64,000 nucleotides of DNA from Ignavibacteria bacterium (GCA_002869275.1 PKTF01000131.1:4892-68891); one strand, 5' to 3'. Shown: positions 38,447-48,351, counted from the stretch's first letter. The notes: generated from the sequence alone by a model not told the origin. Translations and numbers: made by a program.

Positions 38447-40054
38447 TTAAAAGGGGCGAGAGAATCGCAGGACAAGGCTGGGGGATTCGGAGCGGTCGAG
38501 GCGCCATGCCGCACCGATACGGAAGTTTCCGTCTTCACTGCCCAGCGCAACACCGATATCACTTTTCCAGTTATTGAATACTGCGTCGTCGGTCATCGCA
38601 ACATCGAGTGCGCCGTTCGTCACGTCTCGTGCGGTGAGCGGCATCGCTCCGTTGGTCGATCCGGCGTTGGCGAAGAAGATGATGTTCGTGCTGCGGAGTA
38701 CATTCTTTGCCCAGCCGCGGGCTTCATGGACCAGAGTACTGCGGATGATGAGTTCTGCACTGAGAAGCATTACGTGGCTGCCCGCGAATTCCTTGTAACG
38801 GTAGCCAGGCAGGGTACCTGGTCCGCCGAGCTCGAACGCGCGCTGCTGCGGAATGAGTCCGTCACTGAAGCCGCCCCTGAACCGAGTATTGAAATTGAAA
38901 TGCGAACCCAGCGGCTGATACCGGCGAATATCGGCAATCAACTGTGTGAATTCGAAGTCGCCGGCGGCAAACCCACCTGCCATTTCGTACTGCAGCTGTG
39001 CCTCCCAGCCATCCGTCCTGGTGTCGAGACTGGCAAGAGTGGTGAGCCCGGCAGACAGCACGACACTGTTCACGTTGCCGTCGTTGATGTGCGGGTTCGG
39101 ACGGAAGACCTTGTCTCCACCGAAGATCGACCAGTTGGTGGCACGATTCATATTCCCGTAGGTATCGTGTACGTAGGCCGCACTTGCACGGATGTTCAGT
39201 TCGTCCTCTCCGCGATAGTACCACGCCGCCGTGACATTGAAGCCGCGGCGCTCGAAATAGTCGAGGAAATCTTCACGCGCAAGGATAGATGTGATGGTGT
39301 TTTCGTCACGATCGAACGACCACTGATCTTTGGAGTCGGTAAAGCTGTAGCCCTCACCGCTGATCTCGATGATCATATCCTTGAGGTAGAAGGGGATGCC
39401 GAGGCCCAGGCTGTAGCGCCAGGTGTGGTTCGCGAAGCCGTACCCCAGTGAGGCGGTGCTCACGATACGCGGTTTACTGTGCCAGTACAGGCGCTTCGGT
39501 TGCGCGAAACCGAGGTAGAGTCCCTCGACGCGATTATACCTGAGAAAGGATTCCTGCAGGCGCGTGGTGACGGGGAACATCCACGGGAAATTCCCGGGAT
39601 ACTTCTTGAAAAAGTTTTCCTCGAAATTGAATTGGTCTCCTTCAGTGTCATCACTCTGCCACCATGACCATTCGTCATCTTCTTCTTCCCAGCCTTCTTC
39701 CCATTGTTCCCATTCCTCTTCGTCATCCGCCCATTCATCTCCACCGGCGGCAGAGGGATTCACCTGATACTCGAGTGCTTCGAGACGCGCCTCCGCTTTC
39801 GAGATGCGCTGTTCGAGCGTTTCGATTGTACTCTGCTTTTCAGCGTCCGATACGTCACTGTTTTTCAGACGTGTCATTTCCGCTTTGAGGCGGTCCAGCT
39901 CTTCGGTCAGTTTTTTCTGTTCAAGTTGAATTTTCTCGAGTGCTCGCAGACTGTCATCCATGACGGGATCAGTCTGGCTCCAGGCGTATTGCGAGAACAC
40001 GGGGAGGGCGAGCATCAGGATGAGGCATATGCGTAATGTGGCACCAGCTTTCAT
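38447..40054 (-). CDS. Omp85/BamA-like outer-membrane barrel protein with N-terminal coiled coil and acidic Trp-rich segment
   Basis: Signal peptide. Coiled-coil heptads (LEKIQLEQKKLTEELDRLKAEMTRLK ... EARLEALEYQV). Acidic Trp-rich run EWADDEEEWEQWEEGWEEEDDEWSWWQSDD. C-terminal barrel with the RAFELGGPGTLPGYRY motif and terminal Phe. Confidence 0.6.
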   Translation of the reverse strand: MKAGATLRICLILMLALPVFSQYAWSQTDPVMDDSLRALEKIQLEQKKLTEELDRLKAEMTRLKNSDVSDAEKQSTIETLEQRISKAEARLEALEYQVNPSAAGGDEWADDEEEWEQWEEGWEEEDDEWSWWQSDDTEGDQFNFEENFFKKYPGNFPWMFPVTTRLQESFLRYNRVEGLYLGFAQPKRLYWHSKPRIVSTASLGYGFANHTWRYSLGLGIPFYLKDMIIEISGEGYSFTDSKDQWSFDRDENTITSILAREDFLDYFERRGFNVTAAWYYRGEDELNIRASAAYVHDTYGNMNRATNWSIFGGDKVFRPNPHINDGNVNSVVLSAGLTTLASLDTRTDGWEAQLQYEMAGGFAAGDFEFTQLIADIRRYQPLGSHFNFNTRFRGGFSDGLIPQQRAFELGGPGTLPGYRYKEFAGSHVMLLSAELIIRSTLVHEARGWAKNVLRSTNIIFFANAGSTNGAMPLTARDVTNGALDVAMTDDAVFNNWKSDIGVALGSEDGNFRIGAAWRLDRSESPSLVLRFSRPF

Positions 40055-40130
40055 GAAATACTCTCGAACAAATTGATAAATGAACTAAGCTCGTATACGC
40101 AGAAGAGGCGAAAATGTTCGCTGGATAGCG

Positions 40131-40163
40131 GAAAAAGAAGAGGGGCAGCAACTGCCCCTCTTC
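40131..40163 (-). terminator. Rho-independent terminator after the paralogous secreted-protein pair (minus strand)
   Basis: Perfect 12-bp stem GAAGAGGGGCAG caa CTGCCCCTCTTC; the minus strand reads hairpin then TTTTTC. Confidence 0.7.
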
Positions 40164-40179
40164 GGTCCAATATGCTGAT

Positions 40180-40989
40180 TCAGGGCATGAGGGTGATCTT
40201 CCGGACGGAATTCTCCGTCACGGGCACGCGCATGTTGTTGGACGGGAACATGTACACCTGGTCGGTGTTGATCTCGGCTTCCATGTTGACGAGAACCCCG
40301 TTCTCCACTGCGAGATAGGCTTTCGCCTTCACTTCGATCGTCCCGGAAATCATCATCTCATTGTCGCCGCGAACGAGCTTTCCTTCCAGATCACTCTCTG
40401 TGGTGATCGTCACTTCATAGCTCTGGATGCCTTCGACTTCCTTCTCGCCAGTGACGGCGTAGGAACGTTCGTACTCGATAATGGTCTGACTTTCACCCGA
40501 TCCGCTCGTATCTACACCGTTGACTTCCCAGCTGGATCCGGTGGAGAGCTGATCCTTCTCAATTGTGGGGAAGAAATTGAGCATGCTGCGAAGGATACCT
40601 GCAGATTCGTCGTCGTACGCGTTGATCGACGTATCGACGTCGATGACATCTCCCTTGTGGTCGATTTCGAACTGGACGCTTTTTCCGCCGACGTCGGCTC
40701 CACGGGTCTGTGATCCTTCCGGGGTTTCGGCGATGATCAATGCGTTGTTCACCGTCAACTGCAGCCGCTGGTGGCCGTTCTCCAGCGGTTCAATGGAAGT
40801 GAGAACCGTGCTGATGGTTGTCTCGGAATTGATACTGATGCTCCGTCCCTGGACTTCCTGGATTCGCATGCTTGTTCCTTCGACCAGGTAATTGTATTCC
40901 TGTCCCTGGTCATAGCGGTATGTCGCTTCCTGTGCGCTGAGTCCTGCAGCGATGAGTAACAGTACAATCGTGGTAATGGTTGTACGCAT
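40180..40989 (-). CDS. Hypothetical secreted protein, distant paralog of the upstream gene
   Basis: Signal peptide MRTTITTIVLLLIAAGLSAQ. Shares a diverged C-terminal module with the upstream protein (S-x-WE..., EY-x-R-x-Y-x-V-x-GE-x-x-V-x-G, ...ISGT...ENG-x-LV). Confidence 0.5.
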   Translation of the reverse strand: MRTTITTIVLLLIAAGLSAQEATYRYDQGQEYNYLVEGTSMRIQEVQGRSISINSETTISTVLTSIEPLENGHQRLQLTVNNALIIAETPEGSQTRGADVGGKSVQFEIDHKGDVIDVDTSINAYDDESAGILRSMLNFFPTIEKDQLSTGSSWEVNGVDTSGSGESQTIIEYERSYAVTGEKEVEGIQSYEVTITTESDLEGKLVRGDNEMMISGTIEVKAKAYLAVENGVLVNMEAEINTDQVYMFPSNNMRVPVTENSVRKITLMP

Positions 40990-41007
40990 TAAATTCTCCG
41001 GTTGTCG

Positions 41008-41907
41008 TTATTGAGAAATACGTTCCAATGTCGTTTTTGTGCTGACGGATGTCGGGATGACACTTGTCTGCGCGCCGAAGACGGCCCGCATCGATTCACG
41101 GCTCGTCGTGACGTCTACTTTTACCGGCAGGGCGTTTTCCTTGGCGATGTACATTTCGCCGGTACTGATGGTTTCATCTTCGGTGTATTCTTCGAGACGA
41201 TCGAATAGAATCTGTTCTTCCATCGTCGTTATGCTTTCCCATCTGATCCACCAGCACTCTGTTCCGTCCACAGTCTCTTCGCCGGCGACCGTGTATTCGG
41301 TGCTTCCAGCCAGATAGCGGATCCCGCGGCCCTTTCCGAACTGGGGGAGAGTCTTGTTCGGCTGCAGTGTGTCTGCGCGCGAATCTTTCCAGCTCATCCC
41401 GAGCGCGATCGGTCGGTCAGGGAGAACAGGCAGGATGGCGGCCCGCTGAGCGAATATCGCATCGGTGGCCCCGGGGCCCAGCAACTTCTCAGCCTCGAGC
41501 GGTTTCAGGGGCTGTGTTGCCTCGACACGGCCTTCAGTGGATTGTCGCACCTGTACAGGCTTTCGCGTCAGAAGATTCTGCATCAGTCGATTCTGACGTT
41601 GGATGCGCGGATCCTCGCTGTTTTCGTCTACAATCGCGGTATCCTGTACCGTGATGTAGGTGATGGCGTCCGCGGTTGTGTTCTCTGCGGTGATCGTGAA
41701 ATAGCGCGTCACCTGTCGGTCGATTTCCGTACTGCGACCGTCATTGCTCTGCGCAAGTGCGCTGGTTTGCTCGACCTGCTTGTATTTGAGAGCGAGGCCT
41801 GTGGGCAAATCGTACTTCAGCAGCACCGACTGGGCGCTGACAGTGACAGACGTGATCAGGAAACACACGGGAAGAATAAAGGAGAGTCTCATCAGCCTCG
41901 CAACCAT
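41008..41907 (-). CDS. Hypothetical secreted protein, distant paralog of the downstream gene
   Basis: The track ORF starts at 41997; the signal peptide begins at MVARLMRLSFILPVCFLITSVTVSAQS (ATG at 41907; alternative start 41892). C-terminal block TEYTVAGEETVDGTECWWIRW...ISTGEMYIAKENALPV aligns with the 40180-40989 protein. Confidence 0.5.
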   Translation of the reverse strand: MVARLMRLSFILPVCFLITSVTVSAQSVLLKYDLPTGLALKYKQVEQTSALAQSNDGRSTEIDRQVTRYFTITAENTTADAITYITVQDTAIVDENSEDPRIQRQNRLMQNLLTRKPVQVRQSTEGRVEATQPLKPLEAEKLLGPGATDAIFAQRAAILPVLPDRPIALGMSWKDSRADTLQPNKTLPQFGKGRGIRYLAGSTEYTVAGEETVDGTECWWIRWESITTMEEQILFDRLEEYTEDETISTGEMYIAKENALPVKVDVTTSRESMRAVFGAQTSVIPTSVSTKTTLERISQ

Positions 41908-42061
41908 ACTGAATACAATCGAACAACCTCTAAAATACGAAAGAAAGATCTGCTGACACAGGGAGAAATGCAGCACTGCGGACGGAGGCGCGTCCATGCT
42001 CTTTCTTACAGCATCCGGCCATGAAATGTTTCACGTAATCCGCTGAAATGCCTCGGTAATC

Positions 42062-43789
42062 CTATTCAGCCGTGTATATCAGCTCACCGCCGTGCCAGGT
42101 CTCACGCACCGTTGTCTCGAGAAATTCCTCCTCCGGCACTGTGAGGAGGTCTCGCGAGAGGATGACAAAATCGGCCCAGCTCCTCTCGGAGAGGACACCG
42201 ACGGAGGTTTGCATACCGGCTGCCTGTGCCGCCCAACTGGTAAACGCACGTACGGCATGTTCACGAGACATGCGCTGCGAGCCGTACCATCCTTCCGACC
42301 AGCGGTCGCGTTCTTCCGGATGTAACGGATCCACCTGAAAATGCTCCTCGATGTCTTTCGCAGAGGCCGGACGGCCCAGCGCGTCCTTTCGAAAGGCCGC
42401 CGCATGAATTCCCGCCAGGGGATCGGGGCGTTCGACGGGGAAATCGCTGCCTCCCGGGATATACGTGCCTGTGCCGATGAGTCGGGCCCAGGCGTAGGCA
42501 TTTCGTACGCGAATCGCTCCGAGACGTGCCTCCGCCCAGTACATGTCGCTCGTACAATGCGTCGGCTGCATGGAAGGAAGCACTCCGAGTGCGGCGAAGC
42601 GGGGAATATCGATATCCGAAATCACTTGCGCATGTTCCACGCGCAGAGGATAGGGTGGAGAAGCGTTCTGTTCGAGGGCCCGGGCATAACCGTTGAGCAC
42701 TCTTCGCACCGCGGCGTCACCGATTGCGTGGACGCAGACCTGCATTCCAGCCTCGACTGCGCGTGCTGCTTCGAAGGCAATAGTGTCTTCGTCAATGATA
42801 GGAATGCCTGAATTCCCGGGATCGTCGCTGTATGGTTCCAGCATCCATGCTCCGCGCGAACCCAGTGCACCATCGGCGTACAGCTTGAGGCCGGCGACCG
42901 TAAGCTGTTGGTTCCCATAGGATTGCCGTCCTGCTTTCAAGTATTGTTCCCAGGTGTCACCGCGACCATCGATGTATGCGACGATGCGAAAGGGAAACTT
43001 TCCTTCATCAATAAGCGAGCGCACGGCTTCGATGTCTTCAGCGTCCATACCCATGTCATGCATTCCTGTCATTCCGACAGCAATGCAGCGATCTATCGCT
43101 GCCTGATAGCCGACTTTCAGTTCCTCCCGGGTGGGAGGGGGAATATGAGCGCGGACCAGTTCGATGGCATTATCGAGGAGAATTCCTGTTGGTGAGCCAT
43201 CTTCAAGGCGGACAATACGTCCTCCTTCGGGATCGGGAGTATCCGCAGTGATGCCGCTGAGCTCGAGCGCGAGGGAGTTCACCCACGCGGCATGACCATC
43301 AATGCGGCTCAGAAACACAGGATGCGCCGTTGTCGCCCTGTCCAGATCATTGTTATTCGGAAAGGTTTTTTCCGGCCAGTCGTTTTGATCCCAGCCTCGT
43401 CCGCGGATCCACTGATTCTGTGCGGTATTCGCGGCGCGCGCGCTCAGCATGCTGATGATTGCTTCCTTGTCCCCGGTGCCGTGCACCGCGAGGATCACGG
43501 CTTCCTCACCCAGGCCGTACAGATGCGCATGCGCATCGATGAGTCCCGGATACACAAATGCTCCCTGGAGATCGATCTGCTCCTCTGCCGACCATGCGGC
43601 GAGGATGGCCTCATCCGAGCCGAGGGCGCAGATGCGTCCCTCACGCACCGCCATGGCGGAATGTATGCTGCTGTACTCATCCATCGATTGGATGGCACCG
43701 TTGAAGAAAATGCGATCGCAATTGTCCTTGGGGGCACACATGGTCATGAAGAATCCCGTTAGTGCGATAATAGTGATATGAATTCTCAT
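42062..43789 (-). CDS. Amidohydrolase-family metallo-dependent hydrolase (YtcJ-like), secreted or lipoprotein
   Basis: PGLIDAHAHL metal-binding HxH, later VHAIGD and a C-terminal D-containing motif typical of the amidohydrolase_3 family; hydrophobic N-terminus. Confidence 0.75.
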   Translation of the reverse strand: MRIHITIIALTGFFMTMCAPKDNCDRIFFNGAIQSMDEYSSIHSAMAVREGRICALGSDEAILAAWSAEEQIDLQGAFVYPGLIDAHAHLYGLGEEAVILAVHGTGDKEAIISMLSARAANTAQNQWIRGRGWDQNDWPEKTFPNNNDLDRATTAHPVFLSRIDGHAAWVNSLALELSGITADTPDPEGGRIVRLEDGSPTGILLDNAIELVRAHIPPPTREELKVGYQAAIDRCIAVGMTGMHDMGMDAEDIEAVRSLIDEGKFPFRIVAYIDGRGDTWEQYLKAGRQSYGNQQLTVAGLKLYADGALGSRGAWMLEPYSDDPGNSGIPIIDEDTIAFEAARAVEAGMQVCVHAIGDAAVRRVLNGYARALEQNASPPYPLRVEHAQVISDIDIPRFAALGVLPSMQPTHCTSDMYWAEARLGAIRVRNAYAWARLIGTGTYIPGGSDFPVERPDPLAGIHAAAFRKDALGRPASAKDIEEHFQVDPLHPEERDRWSEGWYGSQRMSREHAVRAFTSWAAQAAGMQTSVGVLSERSWADFVILSRDLLTVPEEEFLETTVRETWHGGELIYTAE

Positions 43790-43965
43790 GAAATCAAAAA
43801 ATGCTGGTGATGAAGTAACCCAATATACGAAAGCTGTGTCATACTCGTGACGCCCATTTCCCGCATGCGACCTTTTGGCTTGACTCGCCGGTCATATGAC
43901 GCTATTATTGAGTTGATTTACAGTAATGAATCATGACATACATCGTTTGCACCGCAGGTACACTC

Positions 43966-46900
43966 ATGCCTTCATCCTTACGCTTTTCTTTCGTGGTATT
44001 TCTCATTCTGATGCTGCTCGCCCCATTGAGCGGACAGGCGCAGTATTTCGGCAAGAACAAGGTGCAGTACACGGATTTTGAATGGTACTACATTCAATCG
44101 CAGCATTTCGACGTGTATTACTCCAACGACGGGTACGATCTCGCTGCGTTCACGGCCAAGGCTGCTGAGGAAGCCCTTATCAGTATTCAGAAAACACTGA
44201 ATTTTCAGATCAGTGCGCGTATTCCGTTCATCGTCTACAACTCGCACAATGATTTTCAGCAGACCAACGTCGTGGGATCGTATCTGGAAGAAGGCATCGG
44301 TGGAGTGACGGAGCTGTTCAAGAACCGGGTCATCATTCCGTTCGAGGGTAATTACAGCCAGTTTCGGCATGTGATACATCATGAGCTGGTTCACGCCGTC
44401 ATCAACGAGATGTTCTATGGCGGTTCGCTGCAGGCGGCCGTGACCAACCGTATCCAGTTGATACTGCCGCTGTGGATGAATGAGGGACTTGCGGAATATG
44501 AGGCGCTCGGCGGGTGGGATACCGATTCCGACATGTTCATTCGCGATGCCGCGACGAGCAACTACCTGCCTCCGATTCCCTACCTCTACGGCTATTTCGC
44601 ATACCGTGGTGGACAGTCCGTGTGGTGGTACATCTCGCAGACCTACGGTGAACAGAAGGTGGGAGAGGTGATCAACAGCATCCGGTCTTCCCGGGGCATC
44701 GACAAGGGATTGAAGAAGTCCCTCGGTCTGACCCTCGAAGAACTTTCCGAACGCTGGCTGAGAGAGCAGAAACGCATTTATTATCCGGACGTTGCGACGC
44801 GAGAATCTCCGGTGGATTTTGCGAAACGGCTGACCGATCACAAGAAGTCGGGAAGTTTTTACAATACCAGTCCGGCCATTTCGCCCTCGGGCGACCGCGT
44901 GGCTTTCATTTCGAACCGGGATGATTTTTTCTCGGTGTATGTCATGTCAGCGATCGACGGTGGATCGGTTCGCAAGCTGATAGAAGGAACGAATACCAAC
45001 GATTTCGAGGAACTGCATCTGCTGACGCCCGGATTGTCGTGGTCGCCCGATGGAAAGTACATCGCGATTGCTTCGAAGGCCGGTGCCAATGACGCCATCA
45101 GTATCGTGGATGCCGAAAGCGGCGACTATGAGGTGCTGCCGGTATCGAAGGACGGAATATTTTCAGTGCAATGGTCACCCGATGGACGCAGCCTCGCATA
45201 CGTGGGGAATACCGTCGCGCAATCGGACATCTGGGTGTACGACCTGGAAAGCAAGTCCACGGTGAAAATGACAAACGATGTGTTTTCCGACGCTGATCCC
45301 ATATGGTCGCCAGACAGCAAGTCCATCTATTTCACCTCCGACCGCAAGGCGTTCCTCCGTCCCGAAGATATCCCCGAAGGCTTCGATATTTTCGACCATG
45401 ATTATTCTCAGATGGACCTGTATTCCCTGGACGTGGAGTCGGGAGAAATCACCCGGATCACCAATACTCCGAAAGCCAGCGAATCGAATCCCCTCGCAGC
45501 CCGAGATGGAAAGCGTCTCATGTTCATCTCAGACCGGAACGGTATCAAGAACCTGTTCGTGCACGATCTTGAAAGCGGCAGGGAATACCCCATCACCAAT
45601 TCGCTGTCGGGTGTGTACCAGGCATCGATCTCCGCCGATGGAAACAAACTCGTGTTTTCATCCATGTACGAAGCAGGGTTCGACATCTTTCTCATGAAGT
45701 CTCCGTTCGAGGACGAAGCCGTCGTCGATCTGCTGCCGACGCTGTATGTCGAACAGCAACTGGAATCCCTGGAGATGCCGCTACCCGCCGGGGGTGAGCT
45801 TGCCAGTACATCGTCGGTGGGCCTCGACGGTTCGGCGGATCCGACCGAGTCGCTGCAGCACAGCGATGAGGTTGTCGTCCAGCTCGGAGCTCAGGAAACT
45901 GGCGTCGCCGATAGCACCGGCCGGCCATCGAGAACAGGCGACCGTATGCTTTTCGGCAGCGATCTCGGAGGTTCGCGTGAGAACGCCAGAGCGCAGGCTT
46001 TTTCGCTGCAGAACTTCGTCAACGAGGAAGGCGATTTCGTCATCAACAAATACAAGCTGAGCTTCTCGGCGGATCTGGTCTACGGCAACGCAGGGTACAG
46101 TACGTTCTACGGCGTGCTCGGGACGACGCAGATGGCGTTCAGCGACATGCTCGGGAACCATCAGATCCTTTTCCTCACCAACCTGATCGGTGATCTGAAA
46201 AACAGTGATTACGCGCTCGGGTATTATTATCTGCCCGACCGGATTGACTGGGGTATCAACGGCTTCCACAGCGCACGTTTCCTCCTGGCTTACACCGGCG
46301 GACTGTACGAGGACCTCGTGCGATATCGGCAGTTCGGCTTCGGGCTATCCGCAGCGTATCCATTCGACAAGTTCAATCGTATCGAAGGATCGCTGACATG
46401 GATGAGCCTCTCGCAGGAGAATCTCGATCGCCCGGATCTTCCCATCAGTGAATTTTCCGTGATCGTGCCCAACGTGGGGTACGTGCATGACAATACGCTC
46501 TGGGGGATGTGGTCGCCTGTCCGTGGATCGCGCTACGAGATGCGCGCTTTTGGCAGTCCGGGAATCGGCAGCAGGCCGCTTTCGTTTTTCTCCCTGACTT
46601 TCGATTACAGAAAGTACTATAAGTTCTGGGGAGATTTCTCCATCGTTCTGCGCGGTTCTGGCGGCGGCAGTTTCGGACGCAATCCGCAGCGCTTCTTCAT
46701 CGGCGGTACCGAAAACTGGATCAACCGCACGTTCGAAAATGGTCGCATTCCCATCGACAGTGAAGAGGACTTCGCGTTCCTGACAGCGGCGCTGCCGCTG
46801 CGCGGTTATAACTACAACGCGCGTCTTGCAAGCCGTTACGGACTCGGCAACGCTGAGATCCGTTTCCCGGTCGTCAAGTATTTCCTCGGCGGCGTGCTTC

Positions 46901-47154
46901 CATACATCCTGCAGACGGTCAACGGCGCAATCTTCCTCGACGTGGGAACGGCCTTTGACGAAATCGATGCATACCGTGCGTTTACCCGAGATGAAAACGG
47001 TAACCTGATGAACCAGGACCTGCTGATCGGTACCGGTATCGGAGCGAGGATGTGGTTCCTCGGCTTCCCGCTGAAATTCGATGTGGGTTGGTCTTACAAC
47101 GGAGCCGGCTTCTCGACGCCCATCTATTATTTCTCGCTGGGCGCGGATTTCTGA
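43966..47154 (+). CDS. Mosaic outer-membrane protein: HExxH metallopeptidase-like module, PD40/TolB-like beta-propeller repeats, C-terminal Omp85/BamA-like barrel
   Basis: Signal peptide MPSSLRFSFVVFLILMLLAPLSGQAQ; the track ORF starts 33 nt earlier. HVIHHELVHAV zincin motif. Repeated SPDG/SPSGD blocks (SWSPDGKYIAI, QWSPDGRSLAYV, IWSPDSKSIYFTSDR). C-terminal LRGY ... GIGARMWFLGFPLKFDVGW ... SLGADF barrel signature. Confidence 0.65.
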   Translation: MPSSLRFSFVVFLILMLLAPLSGQAQYFGKNKVQYTDFEWYYIQSQHFDVYYSNDGYDLAAFTAKAAEEALISIQKTLNFQISARIPFIVYNSHNDFQQTNVVGSYLEEGIGGVTELFKNRVIIPFEGNYSQFRHVIHHELVHAVINEMFYGGSLQAAVTNRIQLILPLWMNEGLAEYEALGGWDTDSDMFIRDAATSNYLPPIPYLYGYFAYRGGQSVWWYISQTYGEQKVGEVINSIRSSRGIDKGLKKSLGLTLEELSERWLREQKRIYYPDVATRESPVDFAKRLTDHKKSGSFYNTSPAISPSGDRVAFISNRDDFFSVYVMSAIDGGSVRKLIEGTNTNDFEELHLLTPGLSWSPDGKYIAIASKAGANDAISIVDAESGDYEVLPVSKDGIFSVQWSPDGRSLAYVGNTVAQSDIWVYDLESKSTVKMTNDVFSDADPIWSPDSKSIYFTSDRKAFLRPEDIPEGFDIFDHDYSQMDLYSLDVESGEITRITNTPKASESNPLAARDGKRLMFISDRNGIKNLFVHDLESGREYPITNSLSGVYQASISADGNKLVFSSMYEAGFDIFLMKSPFEDEAVVDLLPTLYVEQQLESLEMPLPAGGELASTSSVGLDGSADPTESLQHSDEVVVQLGAQETGVADSTGRPSRTGDRMLFGSDLGGSRENARAQAFSLQNFVNEEGDFVINKYKLSFSADLVYGNAGYSTFYGVLGTTQMAFSDMLGNHQILFLTNLIGDLKNSDYALGYYYLPDRIDWGINGFHSARFLLAYTGGLYEDLVRYRQFGFGLSAAYPFDKFNRIEGSLTWMSLSQENLDRPDLPISEFSVIVPNVGYVHDNTLWGMWSPVRGSRYEMRAFGSPGIGSRPLSFFSLTFDYRKYYKFWGDFSIVLRGSGGGSFGRNPQRFFIGGTENWINRTFENGRIPIDSEEDFAFLTAALPLRGYNYNARLASRYGLGNAEIRFPVVKYFLGGVLPYILQTVNGAIFLDVGTAFDEIDAYRAFTRDENGNLMNQDLLIGTGIGARMWFLGFPLKFDVGWSYNGAGFSTPIYYFSLGADF

Positions 47155-47175
47155 TATTCCCGAGGTTGTCATTCA

Positions 47176-47213
47176 TCGCCCTGTTTACGAAGTTGACAGG
47201 GCGATTTTTTTTT
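47176..47213 (+). terminator. Rho-independent terminator between the mosaic outer-membrane-protein gene and asd
   Basis: CGCCCTGT ...loop... ACAGGGCG followed by ATTTTTTTTTATT. Confidence 0.65.
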
Positions 47214-47224
47214 ATTGGAGCACC

Positions 47225-48238
47225 ATGGATACCTATACAATTGCCGTCGTCGGAGCTAGCGGACTCGTAGGAAGGAAAATGCTGCAGGTTCTCGAAGAAC
47301 GGGATTTCCCCGTCAAGGACCTCCGGCTCCTGACCTCCGCACGTTCCGCCGGGATCGAGCTGACTTTTCGCGGGAAGTCGTATCGGACGGAAGAAGTTTC
47401 CGCACGCGCCTTCGCGGACGTGGATATAGCGTTGTTCTCTGCAGGGAGTGATGCGAGCAGGCAATGGGCTCCGGTCGCCGTGAACGCCGGCGCGGTGGTG
47501 ATTGACAACAGCAGCGCGTATCGCATGACCGATGGCGTGCCGCTCATCGTGCCTGAAGTCAATTCCGGCGACCTCCCTGATGCCGGGCCCCGTATCATCG
47601 CGAATCCCAACTGTTCCACGATTCAGATGGTCGTAGCGCTCAAGCCCCTGCACGACCGCTATGGTCTGCACAGGGTAGTCGTGACAACCTATCAGTCCGT
47701 CAGCGGGGCGGGGAAGCGTGGTGTCGATCAGCTGCAGGCTGAGCTCGACGGAGGAGTCGCGGAGAATCCTGCTTTTCCGCATCCTATCGTGGAGAATGCG
47801 ATTCCACACATTGCCGCTTTCAATGAGAGCGGGTTCACCGTCGAAGAGGAAAAAATGATCAACGAGACACGGAAAATACTCGGTGACGCGCAGTTGAACG
47901 TTTCACCGACCTGCGTCCGCATTCCTGTGCGTTCCAGCCACAGCGAGGCCCTGCATATCGAGATGCGCTCCTCCTTCGAACTCGAAGACGTGCGATCCAT
48001 GCTCTCCGCCTTTCCAGGTATTACCGTGATAGACAACCCCGCCCGTATGGAGTATCCACTGGCGCGGAATGCGGCGGAGAAGGACGACGTATTCGTCGGC
48101 CGTCTTCGGAGAGATCCTTCGGTGGAACATGGGCTCATCATGTGGGTGGTCTCTGACTCGCTTCGCAAGGGGGCTGCAACGAACGCGGTACAGATCGCTG
48201 AGTTATGGCTGTCGCTTCTCCCCAGCACAGGGAAATAG
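47225..48238 (+). CDS. asd: Aspartate-semialdehyde dehydrogenase
   Basis: IAVVGASGLVGRKMLQVL (NAD(P) binding); active-site Cys in IIANPNCSTI; conserved His near the C-terminus. Start at the ATG at 47225 (the track ORF is N-terminally extended). Confidence 0.9.
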   Translation: MDTYTIAVVGASGLVGRKMLQVLEERDFPVKDLRLLTSARSAGIELTFRGKSYRTEEVSARAFADVDIALFSAGSDASRQWAPVAVNAGAVVIDNSSAYRMTDGVPLIVPEVNSGDLPDAGPRIIANPNCSTIQMVVALKPLHDRYGLHRVVVTTYQSVSGAGKRGVDQLQAELDGGVAENPAFPHPIVENAIPHIAAFNESGFTVEEEKMINETRKILGDAQLNVSPTCVRIPVRSSHSEALHIEMRSSFELEDVRSMLSAFPGITVIDNPARMEYPLARNAAEKDDVFVGRLRRDPSVEHGLIMWVVSDSLRKGAATNAVQIAELWLSLLPSTGK

Positions 48239-48351
48239 TCTCCGCGATGCGTGAGCAGCGACCGACAGCACGTACCTTCCGGAAGCGGAAGGAACGATCT
48301 GTTTCCACGGGATGTTCGACCTGTATGCTCTATCTTTGACAAGGGAGTCTG

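Noticed and set aside
46345-47172. 275-aa minus-strand ORF (and similar ones at 46982-47809, 47728-48453, 43978-44841)
   Set aside because: Antisense to the mosaic Omp85-like gene and asd; no domains; typical high-GC open frames.
48275-48293. Hairpin CCTTCCG gaag CGGAAGG after asd as intrinsic terminator
   Set aside because: Short 7-bp stem and no clear T-tract; may contribute to termination but too weak to annotate.
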